DNA from: Rhodosorus marinus CCMP1338
Taxonomy: Eukaryota; Plantae; Rhodophyta
Assembly (NCBI GenBank): GCA_029953675.1
Contig: JAMWBK010000008.1
Span: forward strand, 1,612,001-1,676,000
Length of the DNA: 64,000 bases
Reading direction: 5' to 3'
Of the stretch, positions 13,474-24,375 are shown one piece after another; position 1 is the stretch's first letter; each line of letters starts with the position of its first letter. A program made the translations under genes and the position numbers. The notes under the pieces were generated by a model. That model saw only the letters and a program-made list of their open reading frames with translations. It had not been told where the DNA came from and did no database searches.

Positions 13474-16400
13474 ATGTGGATGGGTGGGGATCCGATAGGG
13501 TCCGGGCTGGTGGTAGTTGGAACTAGTGTAGAATGTGATTCAAAATCGAGACAGGAATTTAATAATTTGAGATTTGTTGAGCTTCTGGGAGGTGCGTGGG
13601 GGAGGAGAGGGGATGGTGGTAGTGATGGAGTAGATTTAAGATTTTGTGATGTGACGTCACTTTATGGAGTGCCGACGAGTGAGATCGCGTCCGGAGTGGC
13701 CGGCAGTGTTGGCGGTGCGCCGGTGAGGAAGGGGATTCCGAGTCAACAGGATGGGAGGATACATTTGGCATCGTTTGAAGCGCTTAGAGATGAGGTGAGG
13801 AAGGTCCCGTTGCCGCCTGGGGCTGGTTACTTTGACCAGCCGCTGGGGTTTGTCTTTGTGGCGCTGGTGAGCGAACTCGAGGCCGTTTCCAGTCTGAGCA
13901 CGGTCGCGGAGGGCATCTTTGCCGCGCTTCCTGATGCGTATAGGAATAATGTCCTCAACACCTCTGACGCAGCACGACAGTATGTGCTGGTTCGATATGC
14001 CAGCGACAGTGATGCTGCTGTAGATCACGTCTTGTCCTCGGCGAGGTCAACGTTCGGGGCGAAGCTAGTGAGCCTCGTAGATCTATCATCAATAACTGGC
14101 AAAGGGAGCACGGCGGCGGCTCGAAGTTTACCTCGAGGAGAAGTCCAGTCTCCGATCGACCTGTTCCTGACGGATTTTTGCGAACGTGTCATCACGCCTG
14201 TTGTTCATGACCGATCCAGCGTGCTTGTGGCTAACGTTGAGAAGCTCCGGAAGGGCATGAGAGGTACTTTCCGATCCCTGTTCCGTGCTGTTGACAATCG
14301 GAATCCCAACCTGATATATGCAAACCCACCAGCAAGCAGCGCCGTTTCGGTGCCTCTTTTTCCTGCAACATCGCCGGAAGGTCAAATACACCAACTCGCT
14401 GACATCATGTTTTTGCTAAAGCACTGGGATCAGGCCCTGTCATACTATAAACTAGTGGGTGGCGAGTACCATCGACAGCATGCATACGTCCAGTTTGGAG
14501 CTGTGATGGAGATGGCCAGCTACTGCATTCGGAGCCGTGGCGGGGTAGGGTCAAGTATGGCCACGAACAGGGAAGCCGCAGATTCTCTGAGGGAAGCGAT
14601 CGATTCGTTTGTGGAGAGCGAAGCTTGGGTGCTCGTCATTCGTGCTACATGTCAACTGATTAATCTATGCCTCACTGCCAATGCGTTGGAGTCTGCATCT
14701 GGAGCTGCACTCAAGGCAGTCACTGCTTTGAGGCGAGTAAGGTCACCAGAAGGGGTTTCTGGTTCTAATTTAAGTGCTCGGAGGAAGTCACTATCAGTGG
14801 AGAGGAACGACACGGATCATATGAGAGTAGTTGTAGATGTTGCCAAAGGTGTATTCCTGGAGCTCGCCGCAGTGTGCTTTCAGCTAATGTCGCCGAGACC
14901 GAGGCACCGCAAAGCTACGATCTACTCGTACTTTGCGGGCGAGAATTATGCAGGTACCGGGTTGAGGAAGCACGCGGTGAGGTGCTTCCAGTCTTGCATG
15001 AGTCATATTGAAGGCGAGGGCTGGACTGCTGTAGAAAACAACGTAAACTGGATTATTGCTCTGGAGGAACGTAAAACGGGTGATCTGGAGGCTTCGTTTT
15101 CATACCTAGCCCACCTTCTGAAGGCATCCGGTTCTCCGGCGGCCGTGCATTTGAGGATCATTAACGAGCTGTTCTCGGTCGCTGAGCAGCACAAGACAGA
15201 ATCAGAAAAGTGGGTTGAGAACAGCACTTCGGCAGACGGCGAAAGTCCCTTGCCTAAACCGCACCCACTGAAGCCGTTGACGTTTCCATCGTTCTTGGTG
15301 GACTGGGCCTTTGTTAGCACCGCAGATAACCCAACCGGGGACGAGCTGTCGTCCGTGAACGAAGGAGACGGTGAGAAAAACGGATGGTGGGGGCTGGAAG
15401 ATACTGCGCTCGAAGAAATGGTGCGAACTGGTGGGAAGAAGAAGCCTGCCTACAGCACGCTTAGACCGCCACGGAAACACGGATTCGAGCAGCGAGATCA
15501 GAGGTTCCCGCTACCTGGCTCTTGTGTAGCCGGAGAACTTGTGACATTGAACATTACTCTGTCGAACCCCATGCGTGTAGCTGTGTTTCTTTTCAACATC
15601 GAGCCAGTGATCTCGTTTACGCCGCCGATCATCGATGGAAGTGCAGAAAGCGCTTCGAACGATATGAGATACGACAGCGACCCCCCGGTAGAGATATCTC
15701 CCATAGCGAGCACGATGCTGCAGGCAATGGCGACGGTTAGGCTGGAGCTGAACGTACGCCCGATGCGGAAGGGCCGCCTCAAGTTCACCTCGATACGCTG
15801 GAGCGTATCGAATGAAGCCAACGGCTCACTCACTTGTGCTGGTGAACAGCCCTTGCACCGCAAAGGAAAGCGACTGAACACCACCAAGGCGCAAAAGAAC
15901 AGTGCCCACCCAGTCTACGGTGATGACAAGAGTCTAGAGCTGTCCGTTGTGGATCCCATCCCGCGGATGACTGTCAAAGTCATGTCTGGCGCTAAGCAGC
16001 TCTCCGTGGATGGGCAGTCCACGATTACTCTGAGAGAGGGTGAGATGCTGGAAGGCGAGCTGATTTTGAGCAAGGCTGGACCTGGAAAGATCGAGAAAGT
16101 GACAACTCACATGACCGAGTCACAGGTGGTGTTTCTGGGAGGTGGGGATGAAGCGCGGGGAAAGATTGTCGGAGCCGTTAATGAGGAGAGGCACTTTCCA
16201 ATTATGTTCAGGGGAACAGCTCTGGGCGGACCTGGGCGCAGTGCAACGTCTGGACTACACTTTGATCTGCGAGGAGTTGTGGCGTACTGGTGTGAGTCTC
16301 GGGTAGAGAACGGAGAGGATAGATCGGACGCGAAGGGGATCTCCAGCGCTCCTGTTGTCAGGTTTGCAAGGTTTGTGCTAAGGTTCAGGGTTTTCCCAAG

Positions 16401-17514
16401 CGTGAGCGCGTTTCCTCGGTTCTTGAGGTATAAGAAAGTGGATTCGGAACTTGAATACTTGCTGGGAGTTGAATGCGAGCGAAGCGATTCAGCGATGTCT
16501 GACAAGCTGCAGATTGAGTCTGTACAGGTTTTCTCATACGGTGCATGGCTCGCGTCGGGCCTACCACCGTCCACGCCCCTCGAAGGAAGACCGCTGGATC
16601 AGCAGCTAAGCCCAGACCCGGTCGTCTTGGCCGATCGGAATGAAACTGCTACTATATTTGTACGATTGAAGCACGCGCTTGCTGCTGATGGTCGCAATGG
16701 AGTTGAAAGCAAAAACAACTTGCGGTTGAAAAATGGCGGTGCTGAGTTGACTTGTCAAAGTGTCTTTTTACACAGCAACGGTCGCCAAGCGGCAGTGCCT
16801 TCGGGAAATGATGAGACCCTCGAGCTCCGGAGACGGAGCACCCTGCACTTCATGGAAAAGGAGCAGGAAACGACCTTGTCTGCTCGCGTAACGGAGAGCT
16901 CAAACGTAGCCAAAGTAGTGGTTCTCTGGAAGGAAAGGTCGACCGGTGCCGAGGGTGAGGTTTACCTCCCACCGCTCGTTCCCTCGGAGTGGGTTAATGA
17001 GGAGGAAGTTCGGGCTTTGAGAGCACGCCCAAGCGAGATCATCGAATACGGTCAGGACAGACCGCCTCGCGCATTCATGGAGCTGAGGTGTTCCCATTCT
17101 GAAAAGCTGAAAGTAGATCTGGGAAAGACGGGGTCGCCGTGCGTTGTTCCCGTAGATATTTACGTCAAGAATATGGGGCTTGCCGATAAGCCGCTAACCG
17201 CAAGCTTCTCCGTGCTTCCGGCGAGTATTGCTGACAATAGTCGCGGGAGATACTGGAGCGGAAGCGTGCAAACCACGCTGCATGAAGTTCCGCCGGGCTC
17301 TGAGCGGCGGCTTAAGTTGACTGCCGTGCTTGCTTCGTATTCGAAGTATGACCTCTCTGAGCTGTCTCTGACAATGAAACCAGATGATCTTGAAGTGAAC
17401 ATCAGCAGGGAGCCTCCTTTTGTGTATGCACAGCCATCGTCTGTCGTAGTCGAGCAGGAACAGCGCTCGGAACAAGTCAACTCTTCTGCCTCCATGGTTT
17501 CGGATGAAGGCTAG
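13474..17514 (+). CDS. TRAPPC8: Trafficking protein particle complex subunit 8 (Trs85) homolog
   Basis: 1346-aa ORF. SPEGQIHQLADIMFLLKHWDQALSYYKLV...GAVMEMA, RKATIYSYFAG..Y...GLRKHAVRCF and CVAGELVTLNITLSNPM match the Trs85/TRAPPC8 organisation. The true start may differ because the G-rich N-terminus could contain an intron. Confidence 0.8.
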   Translation: MWMGGDPIGSGLVVVGTSVECDSKSRQEFNNLRFVELLGGAWGRRGDGGSDGVDLRFCDVTSLYGVPTSEIASGVAGSVGGAPVRKGIPSQQDGRIHLASFEALRDEVRKVPLPPGAGYFDQPLGFVFVALVSELEAVSSLSTVAEGIFAALPDAYRNNVLNTSDAARQYVLVRYASDSDAAVDHVLSSARSTFGAKLVSLVDLSSITGKGSTAAARSLPRGEVQSPIDLFLTDFCERVITPVVHDRSSVLVANVEKLRKGMRGTFRSLFRAVDNRNPNLIYANPPASSAVSVPLFPATSPEGQIHQLADIMFLLKHWDQALSYYKLVGGEYHRQHAYVQFGAVMEMASYCIRSRGGVGSSMATNREAADSLREAIDSFVESEAWVLVIRATCQLINLCLTANALESASGAALKAVTALRRVRSPEGVSGSNLSARRKSLSVERNDTDHMRVVVDVAKGVFLELAAVCFQLMSPRPRHRKATIYSYFAGENYAGTGLRKHAVRCFQSCMSHIEGEGWTAVENNVNWIIALEERKTGDLEASFSYLAHLLKASGSPAAVHLRIINELFSVAEQHKTESEKWVENSTSADGESPLPKPHPLKPLTFPSFLVDWAFVSTADNPTGDELSSVNEGDGEKNGWWGLEDTALEEMVRTGGKKKPAYSTLRPPRKHGFEQRDQRFPLPGSCVAGELVTLNITLSNPMRVAVFLFNIEPVISFTPPIIDGSAESASNDMRYDSDPPVEISPIASTMLQAMATVRLELNVRPMRKGRLKFTSIRWSVSNEANGSLTCAGEQPLHRKGKRLNTTKAQKNSAHPVYGDDKSLELSVVDPIPRMTVKVMSGAKQLSVDGQSTITLREGEMLEGELILSKAGPGKIEKVTTHMTESQVVFLGGGDEARGKIVGAVNEERHFPIMFRGTALGGPGRSATSGLHFDLRGVVAYWCESRVENGEDRSDAKGISSAPVVRFARFVLRFRVFPSVSAFPRFLRYKKVDSELEYLLGVECERSDSAMSDKLQIESVQVFSYGAWLASGLPPSTPLEGRPLDQQLSPDPVVLADRNETATIFVRLKHALAADGRNGVESKNNLRLKNGGAELTCQSVFLHSNGRQAAVPSGNDETLELRRRSTLHFMEKEQETTLSARVTESSNVAKVVVLWKERSTGAEGEVYLPPLVPSEWVNEEEVRALRARPSEIIEYGQDRPPRAFMELRCSHSEKLKVDLGKTGSPCVVPVDIYVKNMGLADKPLTASFSVLPASIADNSRGRYWSGSVQTTLHEVPPGSERRLKLTAVLASYSKYDLSELSLTMKPDDLEVNISREPPFVYAQPSSVVVEQEQRSEQVNSSASMVSDEG

Positions 17515-18015
17515 GGAAGAGCGCCTAAAAAGTTCCACTATTTTTATTTTGAACAGTACCAGAGCAGCCCTTGTCAACTATAATTTTGCTGTCGTTGGCG
17601 TCCCTTGAAAGCGACTGGCGAGCACCGATGCGGAAACGATGACAGCAGCTGAAGACGTCATTTGGTTGCAGTTGATCACCTTATGGCGCCAATATTTTTG
17701 CATCAGTTCGATCCAGAACTGCACGAAGATGACCAGCATTCGGACAGATCCCTTGCTTAGTGTCATGGATTTCGACGCAAAGCTGTATGACTACTTGAAC
17801 GAAAACAGTTGAGCTCAACCTTCCAAATGGCGCGGTCGTCTTAGCAACGCTCACCCAGTGCTACCTGTGTCTACATCAGAAGGGATTTTCGAATGCTGAA
17901 ATATATTGGAGCAGTCAAAAACCAGTCCAATAAAAACTTTTTTTCACGGATATACTATTGAATAAATGTAGAAAATTAGGGAGTATCCCATTGAAATGCT
18001 CTTTAAAAAAAGTAG

Positions 18016-18170
18016 TATTGAATCATGATTACTTCTCGGTATGACAAGCTGTCAATTTCACGTATTGAATTATGACTACTTCTCGGGAATGCAAGCTGTC
18101 ATTTTCACATATTGAATCATGATTACTTCTCGTAGAGACAACCGGCCATTCTCACATATTAAGTTATGAT
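18016..18170. repeat. 47-bp minisatellite (3.3 units), left part
   Basis: Units start at 18016, 18063, 18110 and 18157 (TATTGAATCATGATTACTTCTCG...GCTGTCA.TTTCACA). Confidence 0.9.
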
Positions 18171-18515
18171 TGTCACGTTCTCTGGTAATTTGCATCCAGG
18201 ACACACGTGATTTCACGTCTCAAACTGGCAGCTGGGTATTCATCAATTACTTCAGATTTCCGGTTTTATTCCCCCCTAATTACTCCCTAATTAGGTAATA
18301 TTCCAATTCTATCCTTTTTTCCTCCCATCCCTTCCTTTTCCCTCTCTCCAGCTAACCTGGGAAACATCGAGTTTGCCCATCGTACTTATACTCTTGCTCC
18401 ATCGGGATGTGCAATAACTGTTAAGATCAAAAGGGTGTTGCACCTCCAGAGATTTTCTCACGGCCCGAGCATAATTTTGCATAGCCGGACGTTGCTGGAA
18501 GGTGGAGACGTCACA
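18171..18515 (-). repeat. 3' LTR (345 bp) of the Ty3/gypsy element; PPT immediately adjacent (~18516-18526)
   Basis: Minus strand reads TGTGACG...CGTGACA (TG..CA, imperfect terminal IR). It is preceded by purine tract GTGGGAGGGA and contains TATAAGTA and AATAAA. Confidence 0.8.
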
Positions 18516-21500
18516 TCCCTCCCACGCAAGAAGAAGCGCGGGGTCGGGCAGATTCAGCAGCACGATGAAAGTTCATGTAGTAGCGAATTTGCCTTTTTGT
18601 AGCAGCGGTTTGTGGCAACTGATGAGCTGCAATCCATTGAGCATCAGCTACAGTTTCACCCTCGAAGTATACCATATATTCGCTGGTTCCCTCTGGTTTC
18701 ATCCGATGACCAAGTACGGATTTGATTTCGCCTCCTGTTACATCAGCTGCAAAATCGGGTATTTTGAGTTGAACGTTGTCGGGGGTTCCCCGAAATTTCT
18801 TCAGCAGGGAGACATGGAACGTGGGATGTATGTTCATCTCGGCTGGTAACTGCAAGGTATAGGCTACGTCATTCACCTTTCGCGTGATTCTGAAGGGTCC
18901 GATGTAGCGCGGTCTGAAAGGTTTCGGGTCCCGTAGCGGCAGGTTTGTTGTTGCCAATAACACCAACTCGTCTGGTAAGAATTCAGGATCACGCCTACCC
19001 GCATCATAGCGCAGTTTTTGCACCTTTTTAGCATAAAGCATATTATTCCTGGCTACCGTGTGTGATTTTGCTGTTGTTGTAGCAAAGCATCCGCTGCATC
19101 AGGTAAAGGCGTAGGGGTAGCCTCTTCGGCGCGTGGTACGAATAATATCTCTGGTAGGTTAGGGTTCCGCCCATATAAGAGCTCAATCGGTGAGTACTTA
19201 CTGGCTTCAGAAATTTGTGTATTACATACCAGCTCCGCCATGGGAATCAGAGGCCCATGTCGCTTGGCTACTGTTACACCGCAGATAGGTCTCCAAAGTC
19301 TGGTTAACTCGTTCTGTCTGTCCATCCGTCTGGGGATGGTATGACGTACTTAAGTGAGTTTTTACCTTGAGCGTCCTCATTAGTCGCTGCCAAAAGAGCC
19401 CGGTAAACTTGGAATCTCGATCGGAGACTATCGTCCGCGGTAAGCCTGCAAAACGCACCCAGTGTTCGAAAATCAGCTCTGCCGTCATACGAGCGTCTGC
19501 ATCCGTCCTTGTAGCGATAAATTTCGCGTATTTCGAGAAACGATCGACAATCACTAGAATTGCGTCAGCTCCGGACTTAGTCATGGGAAGACTAACAATG
19601 AAATCCATGGTGATGTCCTCCAACTTTGACTCAGGTACAGGAAGTGGTTGTAGAAATCCCTGAGAAGCTCTCAGTGGTTTTTGTCCTTGGCAGATTTCAC
19701 AGGTTCGGATCAGGGACTGAACATCGTCTCTTAAGGTCCGCCAATAATAACGCCGCTTTAGCAGGTTAACCGTTTTATGAAGGCCAAAATGTCCTCCCGT
19801 TGGCTCTTCGTGATAAGTTCTGAGCAATTCATCGACCAGTGATTCAGGTACGCAAATACGATGATGTCGATAGAGGACGTTATTCCTTTTGACAAAACCC
19901 TGCTCCGCATATTCTGCAGGTCGCTGATAGATCGCCGCAAACTCTGGATCGCGTAGGTACGCCTGCGGCCAGTCCACATCGGTCGTAATCGACGATACAG
20001 CCAGTTGCTGGATGGCGTGTCTGCTTAGCACATCCGCAATGTTGTCACTGCCTTTTCGGTATTCGATATCAAAGGTAAACGGCAATAAGCGATTTACATA
20101 TCTCGCCTGTCTTTTGGTTAGCTCCTTTTGCGAGTGTAGAAAACGCAAAGGGTTATGGTCGGTGCGAAGCACGAAGCGTTGCACCTCTACATATGTTCGC
20201 CAGTGTAGTATTGCCAGGGTCAACGCGTAGAGTTCCCGTTCATAAGTGAAATACTTCTCCTCCGTAGTGGTAAACCTCTGGGAGAAGTACGCGATCGGGT
20301 GTTCTCCGTCTTCAAACGTTTGTAGTAGTACTGCGCCCATTCCCTTATTACTAGCATCGGTACAAATCGTAAAGGGTTTATCGAAATCCGGGTTACGCAG
20401 AACCGGCTGCTGCTTCAGTTTCGCTCTTAGCTTGTCAAAAGATTCTTGTTGCTCTGGTCCCCAATGAAGATCCACGTCCTTCCTCGTGAGGTTGGTGAGG
20501 GGTGCTGCTACAAGGCTAAACTTGGGCACGTAGTTTCGTAGATATCCGGTGAAGCCCAGAAAAGACCTTACGTCAATGTACGTTCCGCGGAATTCTCCAA
20601 TTCGTTAAGGCGGCAACCTTGCTGGGATCGGGTTGGCGTTGTCCACTGCCTATTATATGTCCCAGATACTTAGTCTCTGGCACACCGAATACGCACATCG
20701 ATCGCTTTGTATACAACTTGTTAGCTCGCAACTTCGTAAAAACCTTGGCTAGGTGCTGCTTGTGGTCAGCCATATTCGAAGAGTATATAATGATATCGTC
20801 AAAGAAGATAGTGACGAACTCATTCAACTCATCGAAGAAGATGTTGTTGAGCAATCGAGTAATCACCGCAGGTGCATTTGTGAGACCAAAAGGCATTACC
20901 AGCCACTCGTACAGCCCAAATGGCGTTGTAAAGGCAGTTCTAGGTATGTCTGTCTCTTTTACCCTCAGCTGCCATTATCCACTTCTCAAGTCGATGACAC
21001 TGAGATAGGTGGCATTACCGGGTGCATCCAAACAATCTTCAATTCTCGGTGGTGCTGTTTTGTTGAGGATTGTTGACTGGTTCAGCTTCCGATAATCAAT
21101 GCACAATCGCCGACCACCATCTTTTTTGTCGACGAAAAGGCATGGCGAGGCGAAAGGCGACGAGCTCGGTTGCACCAAGTTCTTGCTTAAAAGGTCCTTC
21201 AGTTGAGTTTTCAGTTCCCACTGATCCGTAAGACTCATACGGTACGGTCTTTGGGCAATTGGCTCGGTTCCGGGTTTCAAATCGATATTAAAATTGACAT
21301 TGCGCCAAGGGGGCAGGTCCTTTATGTCCTCCGCAAAGACGTCCTCCGCATATTTATATTTCGACGTAATAAATTTCTCCAGAAATTTCGTCTCCTCCCG
21401 TCGTTTTTGTGTAAGCTTCGTCATATTTTTGATTTCGGGTTCCTCCAACGTTTCACTTTCATCAGGGTGAATTTGGTTGGTTGTAGTTTTCTGGTTCTTC

Positions 21501-22159
21501 GTAACAAATTCTTCAGGGTTTTGTTGACAGTAATTTTCCGGGTTTTCAGGTTTCTGTTCAGGATGAGTGACAAATTCTTCAGCTTCTTCTGGTTGATTGC
21601 TCAGCTTGGCTTCTGGTTTAATGTCTGGGTCTGTTTCAGTTTCTTCTGGGTATTCAGGTTCTTCTGGGTATTCAGGTTCTTTTTCTGGTTTTTCTTCTGG
21701 TTTGTTTTCTTCAGGATTCGGTTCTGGATCTTCAGGATACTCCTCTGGTTGTTTATCTGGTTTTTCAGGGTAATTTTCGTCGGGGTTATTTGCTTTGTCG
21801 GGGTTCAACATCAGCAGCTGGTTTGGTAGGTCGAATCTTGCTTGATAGTAGTTGAGAAAATCTCTCCCCAAATACCCTGGGCTTGCGGCGTCTTCCACAA
21901 CGTAAGGTTGCCAGTCGAAGTTGTGACCGCCCAGTTGTGAGGTTACGTTGGCTTCGCCCAAGATTTTTATGGGTGTGCCCGGGGAGGCGGTGTCCAATTT
22001 CCCGTGTTGAGTCGGAATTATTGGGGTGGCGTCCGGTCTTCCTCTCAAGACGGAGTGACTGCTGCCTGTATCGACGAGCAGGGAAATCCTCTTGCCGTTG
22101 ACCAGCCCTTCCACGGTCATGTCTTCCCTCATCGGAACCGGGGCGCCTTTATCACCAAC
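18511..22159 (-). pseudogene. pol (PR-RT-RH-IN-chromo) with multiple disablements
   Basis: Nonsense TAA at 20977..20975 (DLRSG*WQL), 1-nt frameshift near 20575, frameshifts near 19230 and 19055. The PR-RT spacer has PE/PEE-rich repeats at ~21500-21800. Confidence 0.9.
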
Positions 22160-22933
22160 ATGCCCCCGATCAAGTTGCACGCACCCCAACCCAAAACCTA
22201 CGACGGGCGCCGAGATGCTCTAGTTATCAGCACGTTCCTGAATAGTCTCCGCACCTACTTCAAGTTGGCGGAACTTGCCGATGATGCCAATGCGTACAAG
22301 ATAAACTTGGCCGAAGGTTACCTGGTCAGCGATGCTTCGTACTGGTGGTCCTTAATTGCGGACGACAAGCGGCCGACAACCTACGCGGACTTTGAATCTA
22401 CGTTGAAGGCGCAATTTTACCCCGCCGACGCTACGATACGAGCAAAACAACAACTTGCGCACGCGAAGCAGAAAACCACGGTGGCCGCTTACTCGGGGTA
22501 TTTTAACAAGTGCCTCATACAAGTCGGTGCGATTTCAGACTCGGAGAAATTCGACCGGTTCGTTGAAGGGCTAAAGCCTGAGATAAGGAAATATATCTAT
22601 ATTCAGGATATTTCCACCTTCGAGGGAGCCCAGGCTCTCGCCCTGAAAATTGAGGGAGCTGAGGCAGCCAGTCAACCCTCTAGAAGGGAAGAGAAGTTTC
22701 CCCAAAAAATGGCAACGCCCCAGACCACAGTAAGCCGAGGAACCAGACCTGGACGCAGTTACCAACCGGGAACACAAGCGCTGCAGAAGCATAATTACGC
22801 CAATGTTGTTTGCAATTATTGCGGGAAAAGAGGGCATACCCAGCGGATTTGTTGGGACAACCCAGATCGGGATCTGACTATCTCGAAGTCGGCACCCCGC
22901 AATATACAACAGTTAAAAGAGGAGCAACAGTAA
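22160..22933 (+). CDS. Retrotransposon Gag (capsid + CCHC zinc knuckle), ORF intact but inverted relative to pol
   Basis: ATG at 22160: MPPIKLHAPQPKTYDGRRDA...YWWS...LKAQFYP...QKTTVAAYSGYF...FVEGLKPEIR...CNYCGKRGHTQRIC. Confidence 0.85.
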   Translation: MPPIKLHAPQPKTYDGRRDALVISTFLNSLRTYFKLAELADDANAYKINLAEGYLVSDASYWWSLIADDKRPTTYADFESTLKAQFYPADATIRAKQQLAHAKQKTTVAAYSGYFNKCLIQVGAISDSEKFDRFVEGLKPEIRKYIYIQDISTFEGAQALALKIEGAEAASQPSRREEKFPQKMATPQTTVSRGTRPGRSYQPGTQALQKHNYANVVCNYCGKRGHTQRICWDNPDRDLTISKSAPRNIQQLKEEQQ

Positions 22934-23407
22934 GAGGTGCCGATACTGTTGCTGATAAAGGCGCCCCGGTTCCGATGAGGGAAGACATGACCGTGGAAGG
23001 GCTGGTCAACGGCAAGAGGATTTCCCTGCTCGTCGATACAGGCAGCAGCCACTCCGGTCTTCCTCTCTCCGGTCTTCCTCTCTCCGGTCTTCCTCTCCGG
23101 TCTTCCTCTCAAGACGGAGCGGCTGCTGCCTGTATCGACGAGCAGGGAAATCCTCTTGCCGTTGACCAGCCCTTCCACGGTCATGTCTTCCCTCATCGGA
23201 ACCGGGGCGCCTTTATTAGCAACAGTATCGGCACCTCTTACTGTTGCTCCTCTTTTAACTGTTGTATATTGCGGGGTGCCGACTTCGAGATAGTCAGATC
23301 CCGATCTGGGTTGTCCCAACAAATCCGCTGGGTATGCCCTCTTTTCCCGCAATAATTGCAAACAACATTGGCGTAATTATGCTTCTGCAGCGCTTGTGTT
23401 CCCGGTT
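22764..23407. repeat. Near-perfect inverted repeat (~290-bp arms) with spacer of four TCCGGTCTTCCTCTC-type units
   Basis: 22764..~23053 is the reverse complement of ~23118..23407 with about two substitutions. This explains the mirror ORFs 22810..23355(+) and 22816..23361(-). Confidence 0.95.
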
Positions 23408-23423
23408 CTTTTGGGACCTGACG

Positions 23424-23500
23424 ATGATTACTTCCCCAACGACAAACTGTCACTCTTAAATATTGAATCAGGATTACTTTTTGTAGACAGACTGTCGTAA
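23424..23500. repeat. 47-bp minisatellite, right part (diverged)
   Basis: atgattacttcccc...actgtcactcttaaatattgaatcaggattacttttt matches the 18016 unit. Confidence 0.7.
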
Positions 23501-23624
23501 ACAATGAGCATGTCCTTTGTTGAGATCTATCGCTAAGAACCTCTCACTTGCGCTCCTTGTATAGACTTCGGGACGTCAAGCTACAGAATCTGAAGGTGTA
23601 TCTCAAAGCGTGACTACAGACATG

Positions 23625-23905
23625 GCGCCAATCCTTTTGCATCAGCTCGATCAAGAACATCACGTAGATGACGTACGAATCGCTTGCCTAGTGTCCTGGA
23701 TGTTAACGTGAACCTTTATGAATACTCGAACGAAAACAGTCGGACTCAACTTTCCAAATAGCGGGGTCGCCTTACCCTTCCGCCAGGCCCCGAGCGGCGG
23801 CTTAAGGTTGACTGCCGTGCTTGCTTTGTATTCGAAGAATGATATCTCCGAGCTGCAATCGTTTGTCGTAGTCGAGCAGGACTCTTCTGCCTCTATGGTT
23901 TCAAA
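23625..23905 (+). pseudogene. Scrambled fragments of the TRAPPC8 3' end and 3' flank
   Basis: 23625-23700 ~ 17683-17745; 23716-23775 ~ 17786-17845; 23785-23860 ~ 17295-17370; 23860-23905 ~ 17437-17500 with an internal deletion. Confidence 0.85.
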
Positions 23906-24375
23906 ACGTTGGAAGCCTCTGAACACTCTGAGGGAGACCACTCACGGACCTCTCGAAATGATAAGAAGTCCAATCAATAGCTGTCGGTTGATTGAAGAAT
24001 GTCGGACGCAATGGAACCTTTTTTTTAAATCGGGCGAGTAAAGCTACCCCAAATATATATATGACACCTTTTATATACGTCAAGGGAGAGAGGGGTGAGA
24101 CAGAGGGAAGAGCAACGAAGAAAAGGGAGAAGTGACACTAAACAATACTAAAAACAATGCTACATACACAAAACTCTTTCCATTGTGTCTATTCACACCG
24201 CAGATTTCGTCCAAGAGCCCCTCAATCGAACCGAATCAAGAAACGAAACAAACCAAAGCGAGCCCTTCTTGAACTAGAGAGGATAGCGCCGTGCTTCCTC
24301 CTAGGTCCTAGGCTAAAGCCAACAGCTCACGAGCAAAGCAAGTAGAAACCAATATATTAGCTAGCATGTTACAGA

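Larger units (their letters stand above)
18171..23423 (-). mobile_element. Ty3/gypsy chromovirus-like LTR retrotransposon, inactivated, gag inverted, 5' LTR missing
   Basis: Minus strand carries PR (LLVDTGSS), RT (CIDYRKLN, MPFGLTNAP, FFDDIIIYS), RNase H (TICTDAS, YERELYAL), integrase (HEEPTGGH..C..C, DITMDFI, SDRDSKF, HPQTDGQTER), a GPY/F motif (YIGPF) and a chromodomain-like tail (EYMVYFEG...QWI). Gag is on the plus strand. Confidence 0.92.

Noticed and set aside
18016-18170. CRISPR-like appearance of the 47-bp repeats
   Set aside because: Contiguous diverged units without unique spacers, no cas genes, eukaryotic context.
22810-22935. Programmed -1 frameshift signal between gag and pol
   Set aside because: Pol is in the -1 frame, but I found no canonical X XXY YYZ heptamer in the gag frame, so the mechanism is not claimed.
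22810-23361. Mirror 181-aa ORFs on both strands
   Set aside because: Direct consequence of the palindrome; each is the -1-frame gag/PR junction running into its own antisense.
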